A DNA stretch of 25,201 bases, taken from a virus. Lineage: Duplodnaviria > Caudoviricetes. Position 1 is the first letter of the stretch; each line of letters begins with the position of its first letter. The DNA lies in IMG/VR virus record IMGVR_UViG_3300009095_000065, positions 1 through 25,201 of that record. One strand, written 5' to 3'. The position numbers and the translations under genes are program-made. This document shows positions 8,829-16,099 of this stretch, in pieces. The notes beneath the pieces are model-generated. The model had not been told where the DNA came from and made no database searches. It saw nothing but the letters and a program-made list of their open reading frames with translations.

Positions 8829-9497
8829 ATGTCAAAAGTGACAAAGTACAAACAAAGTAACGGTCGTTATTCAGTAGTGGTAGAGGGCGTTGATTTAACC
8901 GATGACGCTTTACTGCTACTAGATAACGGTTATCCGTTAGATGTAAATATAGAAATACAAGACGGTAAAAAAATAACGGTCAAGCAACGTAAAAAGATAT
9001 TTGCGCTTGTAAACGACATAGAGGGTCATACAGGGCAACCTAGAGACTGGTTAAGGTTAATGTTCCAAGATTACGTTTCGTTGCTAAAAGGGTACTCTAA
9101 ACGCCTCTCATTGAGTGACTGTACACGTAAGCAAGCTGGAGAGTTAATCGATGTGATATTGGAATGGGTTTTTGTAAATGACATACCACTCAATTATAAA
9201 ACGAGCGACTTGATGAAGCAGGAGCAAACATTCTTATATCTAGCGACGGTGCATAGGAAGTGTGTGATTTGTGGGAAGCGTGGAGAGTTAGCACATTATC
9301 ATGCAGTCGGCAGAGGACGAAACAGACGCAAGATAGATCATACAGATAATAGAGTGTTGGCATTATGCCGAGAACATCATCAAATGCAGCACGACATGGG
9401 CATGGATAGTTTCAATGCTAAATATCACTTAACGGATAGTTGGGTGAAAGTTGATGACAGATTAAACAAAATGCTAAAGGGTGAGAAAACTGACTGA
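8829..9497 (+). CDS. Putative HNH nuclease (DUF968/HNHc_6-like)
   Basis: CVICG...LAHYHAVGRGRNR...LALCREHH motif. Confidence 0.85.
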   Translation: MSKVTKYKQSNGRYSVVVEGVDLTDDALLLLDNGYPLDVNIEIQDGKKITVKQRKKIFALVNDIEGHTGQPRDWLRLMFQDYVSLLKGYSKRLSLSDCTRKQAGELIDVILEWVFVNDIPLNYKTSDLMKQEQTFLYLATVHRKCVICGKRGELAHYHAVGRGRNRRKIDHTDNRVLALCREHHQMQHDMGMDSFNAKYHLTDSWVKVDDRLNKMLKGEKTD

Positions 9498-9909
9498 ACA
9501 TATTATTCAACTTAATTTTACAGATGAAAAAGGGTTCGATGCACCAATGGCATCACCTAGACCTAGATTCAGAAACGCTGGCAAGTTTGTACAAACATAT
9601 ATGCCGACTAATTATACAAAGCACAAAGAATATTTAAGAAATCAAATGACTGCATTAGGAATAGAAGGACCAATCAAAGTAAGTATTGAGTTTTACTTCC
9701 CAATGTTGAAATCATGGAGTAAGAAAAAGCAAGCAGCCAGTGTACTCACATATAAAGTAACGAAACCGGATATAGATAACTTACTTAAAACAGTAATGGA
9801 TGCAGCAAACAATCATGTATGGAAAGACGATAACCAAATCGTAGAAGTGCATAGTTTTAAAAAGTACGAAGAAACATCACGAATCATAATGAAGATAACT
9901 GAAGTATAG
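9481..9909 (+). CDS. rusA: RusA-family Holliday junction resolvase
   Basis: PRPRF, KPDIDNLLKTVMDA, WKDDNQIV. Confidence 0.92.
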   Translation: MRKLTEHIIQLNFTDEKGFDAPMASPRPRFRNAGKFVQTYMPTNYTKHKEYLRNQMTALGIEGPIKVSIEFYFPMLKSWSKKKQAASVLTYKVTKPDIDNLLKTVMDAANNHVWKDDNQIVEVHSFKKYEETSRIIMKITEV

Positions 9910-9919
9910 GAGTGATTAA

Positions 9920-10105
9920 GTGAAACAGACTGAACGACATATAGGTATGGACGTTACAGCAAAAATCAGAGTGGAAATGTATGTGCCAGCTACTAACGAT
10001 GAAGAGGCAGAGAAGTACATCGAATGTTTAGCACAGAATAAAATGTCGGATTTGATTGAAGGCAAAATTAAAGAACTTGATCCAGATATTCTTTGGATTG
10101 ATTAA
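9920..10105 (+). CDS. Phage hypothetical protein
   Basis: RBS AGGAG with GTG start. Confidence 0.6.
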   Translation: MKQTERHIGMDVTAKIRVEMYVPATNDEEAEKYIECLAQNKMSDLIEGKIKELDPDILWID

Positions 10106-10118
10106 AGGAGAATAAATC

Positions 10119-10268
10119 ATGAGCTTATACAGACATTACGCACCAGTCATTGACTGGACAGAGAAGAAAACGAAGTCCTTTAAATATAAGAAGGCAGAAG
10201 TTAAACCAGTAGCAAGAAGTAAGTATTACAACACATTATTTTATTCATGCTTTAAGGGGTGGGAATGA
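10119..10268 (+). CDS. 49-aa basic peptide MSLYRHYAPVIDW...CFKGWE (not in ORF track)
   Basis: RBS AAAGGAG; stop overlaps the next ATG. Confidence 0.6.
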   Translation: MSLYRHYAPVIDWTEKKTKSFKYKKAEVKPVARSKYYNTLFYSCFKGWE

Positions 10269-10708
10269 TGGCGAAAACGTTGAGAACTACAAATAGTAAT
10301 AAATTAATATTTAGTATTTATTCACACTTGAACGATAAAGAACGTACACCAGAAGAAGAAGAAATATACACAATGATTGATGAAGAGTACGGAGAGGCGT
10401 TAAGAAATACATTACTTTACTACTACAAATTAAATAAAAGTAAAGCGAAGGTATCATATAGTGGGTTTTATGGTCGAGTAAGTAAAGGTTGGTCACGTAT
10501 AGAAGCACTTACGACACCACCTGTGAAAGATAATAGTTATAACGAAAATAGGCCAAAAGGTAAGACGATGAAAGAAATTGAAAGAGAAGAACGCGAAGAA
10601 GATATTATTAACATGCTAAAAGCTGGCGTTGCTTTAAATCGTAGGCAATTGAAATACATTGAGAGCAATCCTGATTTTGCAAAGAAGTTGAAGAAATGGA
10701 GTGATTGA
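10259..10708 (+). CDS. Phage protein with small DNA-binding-like motif
   Basis: SYSGFYGRVSKGWSRIEALTTP motif; true start probably 10265 or 10268. Confidence 0.6.
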   Translation: MGMMAKTLRTTNSNKLIFSIYSHLNDKERTPEEEEIYTMIDEEYGEALRNTLLYYYKLNKSKAKVSYSGFYGRVSKGWSRIEALTTPPVKDNSYNENRPKGKTMKEIEREEREEDIINMLKAGVALNRRQLKYIESNPDFAKKLKKWSD

Positions 10709-10933
10709 ATGGGACTATTAGAAAGTTATCATTTATACAATTCAGAAGGTAAAAAGATGTTTACAGTGATACCTGGTAAAGATACAAACACTTTACTGGG
10801 TATGCCGCACACAGCATTTGTGAATCAAGAACACCAATTCACAGATAGTGAGTTAAGACAATTTAAAGCAGCGCATGATTTGAAGTTAGAAGAAGAATTA
10901 GGATTACAACTTGATATATGGGATGTGATTTGA
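10709..10933 (+). CDS. Phage protein (DUF3269-like)
   Basis: ELRQFK..HDL..EEELGLQLDIWD C-terminus. Confidence 0.55.
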   Translation: MGLLESYHLYNSEGKKMFTVIPGKDTNTLLGMPHTAFVNQEHQFTDSELRQFKAAHDLKLEEELGLQLDIWDVI

Positions 10934-11109
10934 TGTCAACAATCTTAGACGAACTAATCGTAGCGAATTATAACTTAAACAAAAACAAAACAGGTAACTT
11001 GCACATAGATAATATGACCGATTCATTTGCTAAAGAGTTGTTACGAGAAGTCATGAAACAAATTGAGAATGGTGCAAAGTTAGATGATGAATATATGGAG
11101 GTGGATTAG
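10918..11109 (+). CDS. Phage hypothetical protein
   Basis: Tightly packed with neighbours; start probably 10933. Confidence 0.55.
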   Translation: MGCDLMSTILDELIVANYNLNKNKTGNLHIDNMTDSFAKELLREVMKQIENGAKLDDEYMEVD

Positions 11110-11409
11110 ATGGTAACAATCAAACATACACGTGAGTCAATTGCAGAGTTGGAACAAGAACGAGAGCAGTATAAGCAACAACGTGACTCGCTTATCAAAG
11201 ATGTGGAGAAGTTGAGGGAAGAAAAGGCAGCAATTGAAATGCATTTGGATGCAGTTAAGACATATTACCCGATGTATGAAGAATTGAACAAGAAATATAA
11301 CAGACTCACTGAACACATCAGACTAAAAGCGAATAATAATCCAGGCAACAGTAGATATATTGCGTTAGTACATTTCATAGATGATTTGGAGACTGGAACA
11401 GATGATTGA
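11110..11409 (+). CDS. Coiled-coil phage protein
   Basis: ERDQYK.QRDSLI.D-like heptads; RBS GGAGG. Confidence 0.65.
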   Translation: MVTIKHTRESIAELEQEREQYKQQRDSLIKDVEKLREEKAAIEMHLDAVKTYYPMYEELNKKYNRLTEHIRLKANNNPGNSRYIALVHFIDDLETGTDD

Positions 11410-11620
11410 AGAAATAGAAGTTTTAGTTAAGGGGCGTTTATTTACTTTTAAAAATAAAGATTTTTCGCAAGAAGATTTAGAAATAATGTGGGATTGTTTA
11501 AAAACAAAAATAGGTTCTGAATTATTTTTATCTTTTACACCAAAAGAAGATTTAATAATAAAAGCATCATCAATTGATTTTGTAAACAAAGTTATGCTGG
11601 AGGCTGATACTCATGATTAG
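11381..11620 (+). CDS. Phage hypothetical protein
   Basis: Probable start 11402, coupled to the upstream stop. Confidence 0.55.
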   Translation: MIWRLEQMIEEIEVLVKGRLFTFKNKDFSQEDLEIMWDCLKTKIGSELFLSFTPKEDLIIKASSIDFVNKVMLEADTHD

Positions 11621-11786
11621 AGAAATATTTCAAGATATTACCGATACATTTGACATGAACCAATGGACAGTATTGTGGATGGATGATAAAGGAAAGTCAC
11701 ACGGTAAAAGGTTTTATTATAAGCACCATGCTAGAGACTTTTATAATGACCTACCTTATATAAATAAAAAAATGAAAAGAGCGTGA
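11613..11786 (+). CDS. 57-aa hypothetical protein MIREIFQD...KKMKRA (not in ORF track)
   Basis: RBS GGAGG; fills the gap exactly. Confidence 0.6.
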   Translation: MIREIFQDITDTFDMNQWTVLWMDDKGKSHGKRFYYKHHARDFYNDLPYINKKMKRA

Positions 11787-12014
11787 GTGACTATGGCGTA
11801 TGAGCATGAGGGAGAAAACATCAGAAAAGTAAGGTTATACAACGTAATGACAGGGTCTAGTAAGAAAACTAAACCTATAAAAGAGTTAGAAGAAGTCTAC
11901 GCTAAAGCAAAAGCGTTTAATGAAATTTCAGATGTAATTAAGAAAGCAGAGTTTTACGACAGAGATACAGCATTAGATGTTATAGAGATAGTAGAAGAGT
12001 TGGAGGATAAATAA
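11787..12014 (+). CDS. DUF1024-like phage protein
   Basis: KELEEVYAKAKAFNEI motif. Confidence 0.65.
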   Translation: MTMAYEHEGENIRKVRLYNVMTGSSKKTKPIKELEEVYAKAKAFNEISDVIKKAEFYDRDTALDVIEIVEELEDK

Positions 12015-12015
12015 A

Positions 12016-12318
12016 ATGAATAACTTAATTAAACAAGTAGAACAATGGTCAATTGACAAAGGACTAGATAAAGGTAATAGCTTTACACAATATGCTAAGA
12101 GTTCAGAAGAAATGGGCGAGGTTGCAGCAGCATTGTGTAGGAATGATATAGACGAACTTAGAGACGGTATAGGAGATGTTATTGTCACGTTAGTTATATT
12201 GGCTCAACAAAACAATATGACGTTATATGAGTGTCTAGAACAAGCATATGGAGAGATTAAAAATAGAACTGGAGTAATGAGTAAAGATGGATCGTTCATC
12301 AAATCAGAAGACTTGTAA
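12016..12318 (+). CDS. MazG-like all-alpha NTP pyrophosphohydrolase
   Basis: QYAKSSEEMGEVA...DGIGDVIVTL...AYGEIKNRTG. Confidence 0.85.
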   Translation: MNNLIKQVEQWSIDKGLDKGNSFTQYAKSSEEMGEVAAALCRNDIDELRDGIGDVIVTLVILAQQNNMTLYECLEQAYGEIKNRTGVMSKDGSFIKSEDL

Positions 12319-12378
12319 GGATAAGGGCGGCGAAAGTTACCCAGATATATTAGATAAGGTAAAGGAAGTGTTGAAAAG

Positions 12379-12771
12379 ATGATAACGAAGTTTAAGGCTT
12401 ATGATTTAAATGAAAAAGAATGGATAGACATTCGATATATCGAATTAAGAGATGATGGTAGCTTATGGTATGTGCAAGCATGGGATGAATGCGAACGTGA
12501 TATAGCCCCACCATATTTTGAAGAAGACTTAGGTAAAACATGGGCGCTTATGCAATCCACAGGACTATTAGACAAGAACGGTAAGGAAATATTTGAAGGG
12601 GATATTGTTAAAAATGAAATAAATGAAGTGGGTTACATCGAGTGGTCAAAATGTAGGTTTAACTTTTGTGATAGTGTTGGTCATTTCTATTTATTTAGTA
12701 TAGGTGCGAGACAACCGTTTGAAATCATAGGCAATATTTATGAACATCCACACTTACTAGAGGAGGAATAA
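12379..12771 (+). CDS. YopX-family protein
   Basis: KFKAYD...LMQSTGLLDKNGKEIFEGDIV...EIIGNIYEHPHLL. Confidence 0.92.
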   Translation: MITKFKAYDLNEKEWIDIRYIELRDDGSLWYVQAWDECERDIAPPYFEEDLGKTWALMQSTGLLDKNGKEIFEGDIVKNEINEVGYIEWSKCRFNFCDSVGHFYLFSIGARQPFEIIGNIYEHPHLLEEE

Positions 12772-12774
12772 CTT

Positions 12775-12967
12775 ATGAAAAAATACAGAGTAACATTTGA
12801 AAACAGCACACTGGCACATGGGTGTATTACCTCTATTCTTTCATCCACAATATGAAGTAGAAGCTAAGGACAAAGAAGAAGCAAAAGAAAAAGCGCAAGA
12901 AGCATTTAATAGCCATCCAAATAATTTGGATTTAGAAAGAGAAATTGTGAAAGTGGAGGAGTTGTAG
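12775..12967 (+). pseudogene. Small phage gene split by a 1-nt frameshift near 12796-12802
   Basis: Start frame stops at 12853-12855; the +1 frame continues ...YEVEAKDKEEAKEKAQEAF...KVEEL* to 12967. Confidence 0.65.
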
Positions 12968-12969
12968 TC

Positions 12970-13143
12970 ATGAAAATATACTTAATCACATTAACACTAG
13001 CAGCATTAACACTATACACATTCATTAAACGCACATATAAGTATGCGAGCGTGAATGATGAAGTAGAGGCACCGATTGATTATGAAGAAACTAGAGAGTA
13101 TAAAGAGAATGAAATTTGGTTTAGTGGAGTTGGTCGATATTGA
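12970..13143 (+). CDS. RinB-like small protein (57 aa, not in ORF track)
   Basis: Hydrophobic N-terminus plus NDEVEAPIDY, resembling the RinB NDDVEAPSD motif; RBS GGAGGAG. Confidence 0.55.
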   Translation: MKIYLITLTLAALTLYTFIKRTYKYASVNDEVEAPIDYEETREYKENEIWFSGVGRY

Positions 13144-13211
13144 TATTTGCAGCAACACTATTTGTAGTAATTGTATTAGCACTAATTATTATGGCGACAA
13201 TGGAGGAGTAA
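13140..13211 (+). CDS. 23-aa hydrophobic peptide MIFAATLFVVIVLALIIMATMEE
   Basis: TTG start overlapping the previous stop; single TM segment. Confidence 0.4.
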   Translation: MIFAATLFVVIVLALIIMATMEE

Positions 13212-13215
13212 TAAA

Positions 13216-13446
13216 ATGAGTAAATTATATATGTTTAGCACGTCACAATGTACGAAGTGTCCAGAAGTTAAGGAAGCATTAAGCAAGAAAAATGTAGAGG
13301 TAGAATATATAAATGCAGAAGAAACACCAGAACTAGCAATGAGGTATATGGTCATGAGCGTCCCTACAATTGTCGATGATAGAGACCATGCAGAAGATAA
13401 ATACTGGGGGCAGGAACAATGTTTAGCGTTTGTGAATACGTTATAG
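13216..13446 (+). CDS. Glutaredoxin/NrdH-like redoxin
   Basis: CTKC active site, VMSVPTIV cis-Pro motif. Confidence 0.85.
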   Translation: MSKLYMFSTSQCTKCPEVKEALSKKNVEVEYINAEETPELAMRYMVMSVPTIVDDRDHAEDKYWGQEQCLAFVNTL

Positions 13447-13459
13447 GGAGTGAGTAACA

Positions 13460-13825
13460 ATGGACGAAGACATACTAAATTATTTAGATAAAGTAGGGCA
13501 ATATGTGCAAGGTGCGAGTGAGAAAGGTTTCGAGGTATATGTGCATGGAGTGTTTGTGAAATCAATACTAATGACACTTATTGGTTTAATTATAATATCA
13601 GTTATTGCAATCGCTAGTTATAAGGTTATAAAAAAATATTTTGAAACAGATGAATACGAACGTATAAATATAGATGATTTAATTATGATATCGATAATTC
13701 CTTTATTTTTAGTATCAGCAATATTCGTAACAGCTTTTATTATAGTTACTACTAACATCACAGGCATATTCGCACCAGACTATGTAGCCATTAAACAAAT
13801 CATAGATGGCATTGGAGGTAAGTAA
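13460..13825 (+). CDS. Two-TM membrane protein
   Basis: Two hydrophobic helices; C-terminal P.Y.AIK.I. Confidence 0.7.
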   Translation: MDEDILNYLDKVGQYVQGASEKGFEVYVHGVFVKSILMTLIGLIIISVIAIASYKVIKKYFETDEYERINIDDLIMISIIPLFLVSAIFVTAFIIVTTNITGIFAPDYVAIKQIIDGIGGK

Positions 13826-13826
13826 C

Positions 13827-13958
13827 TTGTGGATAATACTAACAATTGTACTAGCGATAAATTCAATATGGTTGCTTAAACTAAATAAAGACTTGGTAGA
13901 GCGTAACGAGGAATTGATAGCAACGATTGTTATTAAGGATATGAACAAGGAGGACTAG
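13827..13958 (+). CDS. 43-aa membrane-anchored peptide (DUF1514-like)
   Basis: MWIILTIVLAINSIWLL...; RBS GGAGG; typical slot before the late activator. Confidence 0.5.
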   Translation: MWIILTIVLAINSIWLLKLNKDLVERNEELIATIVIKDMNKED

Positions 13959-13959
13959 C

Positions 13960-14361
13960 ATGTACTCAAAGAATGATATAAGACAAATCATACAAGACTA
14001 TCACTGGTTGGTTAGGTTGATAGATAGTAAGGTATATGAATGTGATAGTACAGGTATAGGACAATATGGCATTGAGTCTGCTATGCCAAGAGCTAAAGGT
14101 ACGACAGGTGATAAGGTATTAGTGAGAGTTCTCCGTAATGAAAAGGACCGTAAGAAAACAGAGAACATGATATCACGTACAAGTGTAATAGATAACCATG
14201 AACATTTAATCAAGAATGAAAAGACTTACCATATATTGCAGCTGATGAAACAAGGGGAAAGTAACAGACGTATTAAGATACTACTCAAGATAGGACACAC
14301 TAACTTAACTAAACGAATAGAAGATATAGTGAACATACTATACGAAGCTCAAGACAACTAG
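13960..14361 (+). CDS. Late transcriptional activator (Ltr/RinA/ArpU-like)
   Basis: IGQYGIESAMPRAKG motif, C-terminal HTH; last early gene before packaging. Confidence 0.75.
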   Translation: MYSKNDIRQIIQDYHWLVRLIDSKVYECDSTGIGQYGIESAMPRAKGTTGDKVLVRVLRNEKDRKKTENMISRTSVIDNHEHLIKNEKTYHILQLMKQGESNRRIKILLKIGHTNLTKRIEDIVNILYEAQDN

Positions 14362-14412
14362 AACAGTTAGAACAGTTAGGACAGGTAGAACAGTTAGAAC
14401 AGGTAGAACAAT
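14359..14412 (+). repeat. Six 9-bp tandem repeats TAG(A/G)ACA(G/A)(T/G), probable activator binding array
   Basis: TAGAACAGT TAGAACAGT TAGGACAGG TAGAACAGT TAGAACAGG TAGAACAAT, directly upstream of a promoter. Confidence 0.8.
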
Positions 14413-14415
14413 ATT

Positions 14416-14443
14416 TTGAGACATACCTAATTCATAGTATAAT
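14416..14443 (+). promoter_or_regulatory. Putative late promoter
   Basis: TTGAGA-16bp-TATAAT next to the repeat array. Confidence 0.6.
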
Positions 14444-14448
14444 CACAA

Positions 14449-14565
14449 TATAAGAAAGGTTATAGATAAACAATTATCCGTTCAATCACATGCCTCCTTT
14501 AAATAATACGTTAATTAATATCTATAATCTTATAGGCTACACTCATTTGAGTGTGGTCTTTTTTT
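14449..14565 (+). ncRNA. Candidate ~115-nt sRNA with anti-SD loop
   Basis: Promoter, long basal stem (14449-14468 pairing with 14519-14534), CCTCCTTT in the loop, terminator. Confidence 0.45.
14534..14565 (+). terminator. Intrinsic terminator
   Basis: AGGCTACACTC-ATTT-GAGTGTGGTCT followed by a T run. Confidence 0.8.
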
Positions 14566-15065
14566 ATTATGCTTATATTTAAGCACCACACATATTTAAT
14601 GCTATTCATTTATAGCGCCATACATTTATAACAGGCATCATTTAATTAAGGCTATGTCATTTAAGGTGCATGGTAATTAAGAGGCCCACTATTATTAAGG
14701 GCTATCTATTTAACATGCCACATATAAAGGGCGCAAGTATTAAGTAGCTATACTAAACATACTAAGGGCTATAAGGGTTACACACATACAAGCAATCACA
14801 TAAGGTTCTATTGATTATATAAACTTATATCAATTAGATAAGTGAATGATTAATTAGATTAAGTTGTTATGTTGTTTGAAAGATTGATTAAAGATAATGA
14901 TTGATGATTGTTTGATTGAGATTGAATGATCTAATTATTATTAGAAATGTTTTATTGATTTATAAATATGAAAGAACAAAAACGAAATTCATTTGATGAT
15001 TTTATTTCATTTCAATTTGATTTCATTTTATGATTTGAATTTGTTTATTTGTTTAGAGAAAGAAG

Positions 15066-15425
15066 TTGATTGAATTGTCTTTCGTTCAACCAAGAGTTCG
15101 ACTTGGTAATAAGTCATATACTCAAAGCGAGCTAGAAACCTATAGGAAACGGAATCATAGAAGGTATAACCAAGAGGTTAGATACAACGATGATAATAGT
15201 GAATATACATCATTCTACAATACTACAATGTGGCGTAGAACAAGAGAACAAGTGCTGATACGTGATAACTATATGTGTCAACATTGTTTAGCTGAAGGCA
15301 TCGTTAATGACAAGAATTTAATTGTCCATCACAAGATAGAACTCAAACGGGATTGGTCGAAGAGGCTGGATATGGAAAATTTAGAGGCAGTATGTTTTTC
15401 ATGCCACAATAAAATTCATAAATGA
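15066..15425 (+). CDS. Packaging-associated HNH endonuclease
   Basis: RDNYMCQHC...VHHKIEL...NLEAVCFSCHNKIH; upstream of TerS. Confidence 0.92.
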   Translation: MIELSFVQPRVRLGNKSYTQSELETYRKRNHRRYNQEVRYNDDNSEYTSFYNTTMWRRTREQVLIRDNYMCQHCLAEGIVNDKNLIVHHKIELKRDWSKRLDMENLEAVCFSCHNKIHK

Positions 15426-15439
15426 AAAAAGTTGGAAGA

Positions 15440-15619
15440 ATTTTGGGAGGCTTCGTGTAACCCCCGTCACTATGGGCTTTGAATACAACGACTGCCACTT
15501 TTCTTTCAATCGATGTTGATTTTGAAACCTAAATATTCGTAAAATATTTTTACTTTACGTGTTTTCGAGGTAGGAAATGGAAAGATTAAGCAAAAAAATA
15601 ATAAATATATTTGTGAAAG
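15440..15619. other. Probable cos region
   Basis: Non-coding gap between HNH and TerS with CCCCCG and the GC-rich CGACTGCCA (15489-15497); called from position only. Confidence 0.45.
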
Positions 15620-16099
15620 GTGGTGAGTAGCTTGGCGCAACGCAAGATGTTATCACAACAAAAAACTAGAAGAACAAAAGAAGTGCAAGAAGAATTAAAA
15701 GGTGCTGAAGAAGCAATGGGTAAATTGAAACCAATAACAAAAACTGCACCAGATTGGTTAGATGATTATGCTGTCGAAGAATGGGATAGGATAATGCCAT
15801 TAGTTGAAGATTTAAAAATAAAAGAATTAGATAGAGGCTTGTTAGCTACTTACTGCCAAACATATAGCAACTATAAAAACGCTACTCTTAAATTAAAAGA
15901 GCAAGGTTTGGTAATTGAAACAGAACGAGGTACGAAGTTGTCAAGTTATTATACAGTACAAAGAGATAGTGTTAATACCATGAACTCCATTTGTCCTAAG
16001 TTAGGATTAACTGTTGAATCACGTTTGAAAATACTAGCACCAACAGAAGAAACATCGACGAATGACCCGTTTGAAGGTGTTTTAAATGCTAAAAAGTAA
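15620..16099 (+). CDS. terS: Terminase small subunit (P27 family)
   Basis: APDWLD...EWDRI...LATYC...LGLTVESR. Confidence 0.92.
   Translation: MVSSLAQRKMLSQQKTRRTKEVQEELKGAEEAMGKLKPITKTAPDWLDDYAVEEWDRIMPLVEDLKIKELDRGLLATYCQTYSNYKNATLKLKEQGLVIETERGTKLSSYYTVQRDSVNTMNSICPKLGLTVESRLKILAPTEETSTNDPFEGVLNAKK

Noticed and set aside
14359-14800. CRISPR-like array
   Set aside because: Repeats are short tandem or degenerate, with no repeat-spacer structure and no cas genes.
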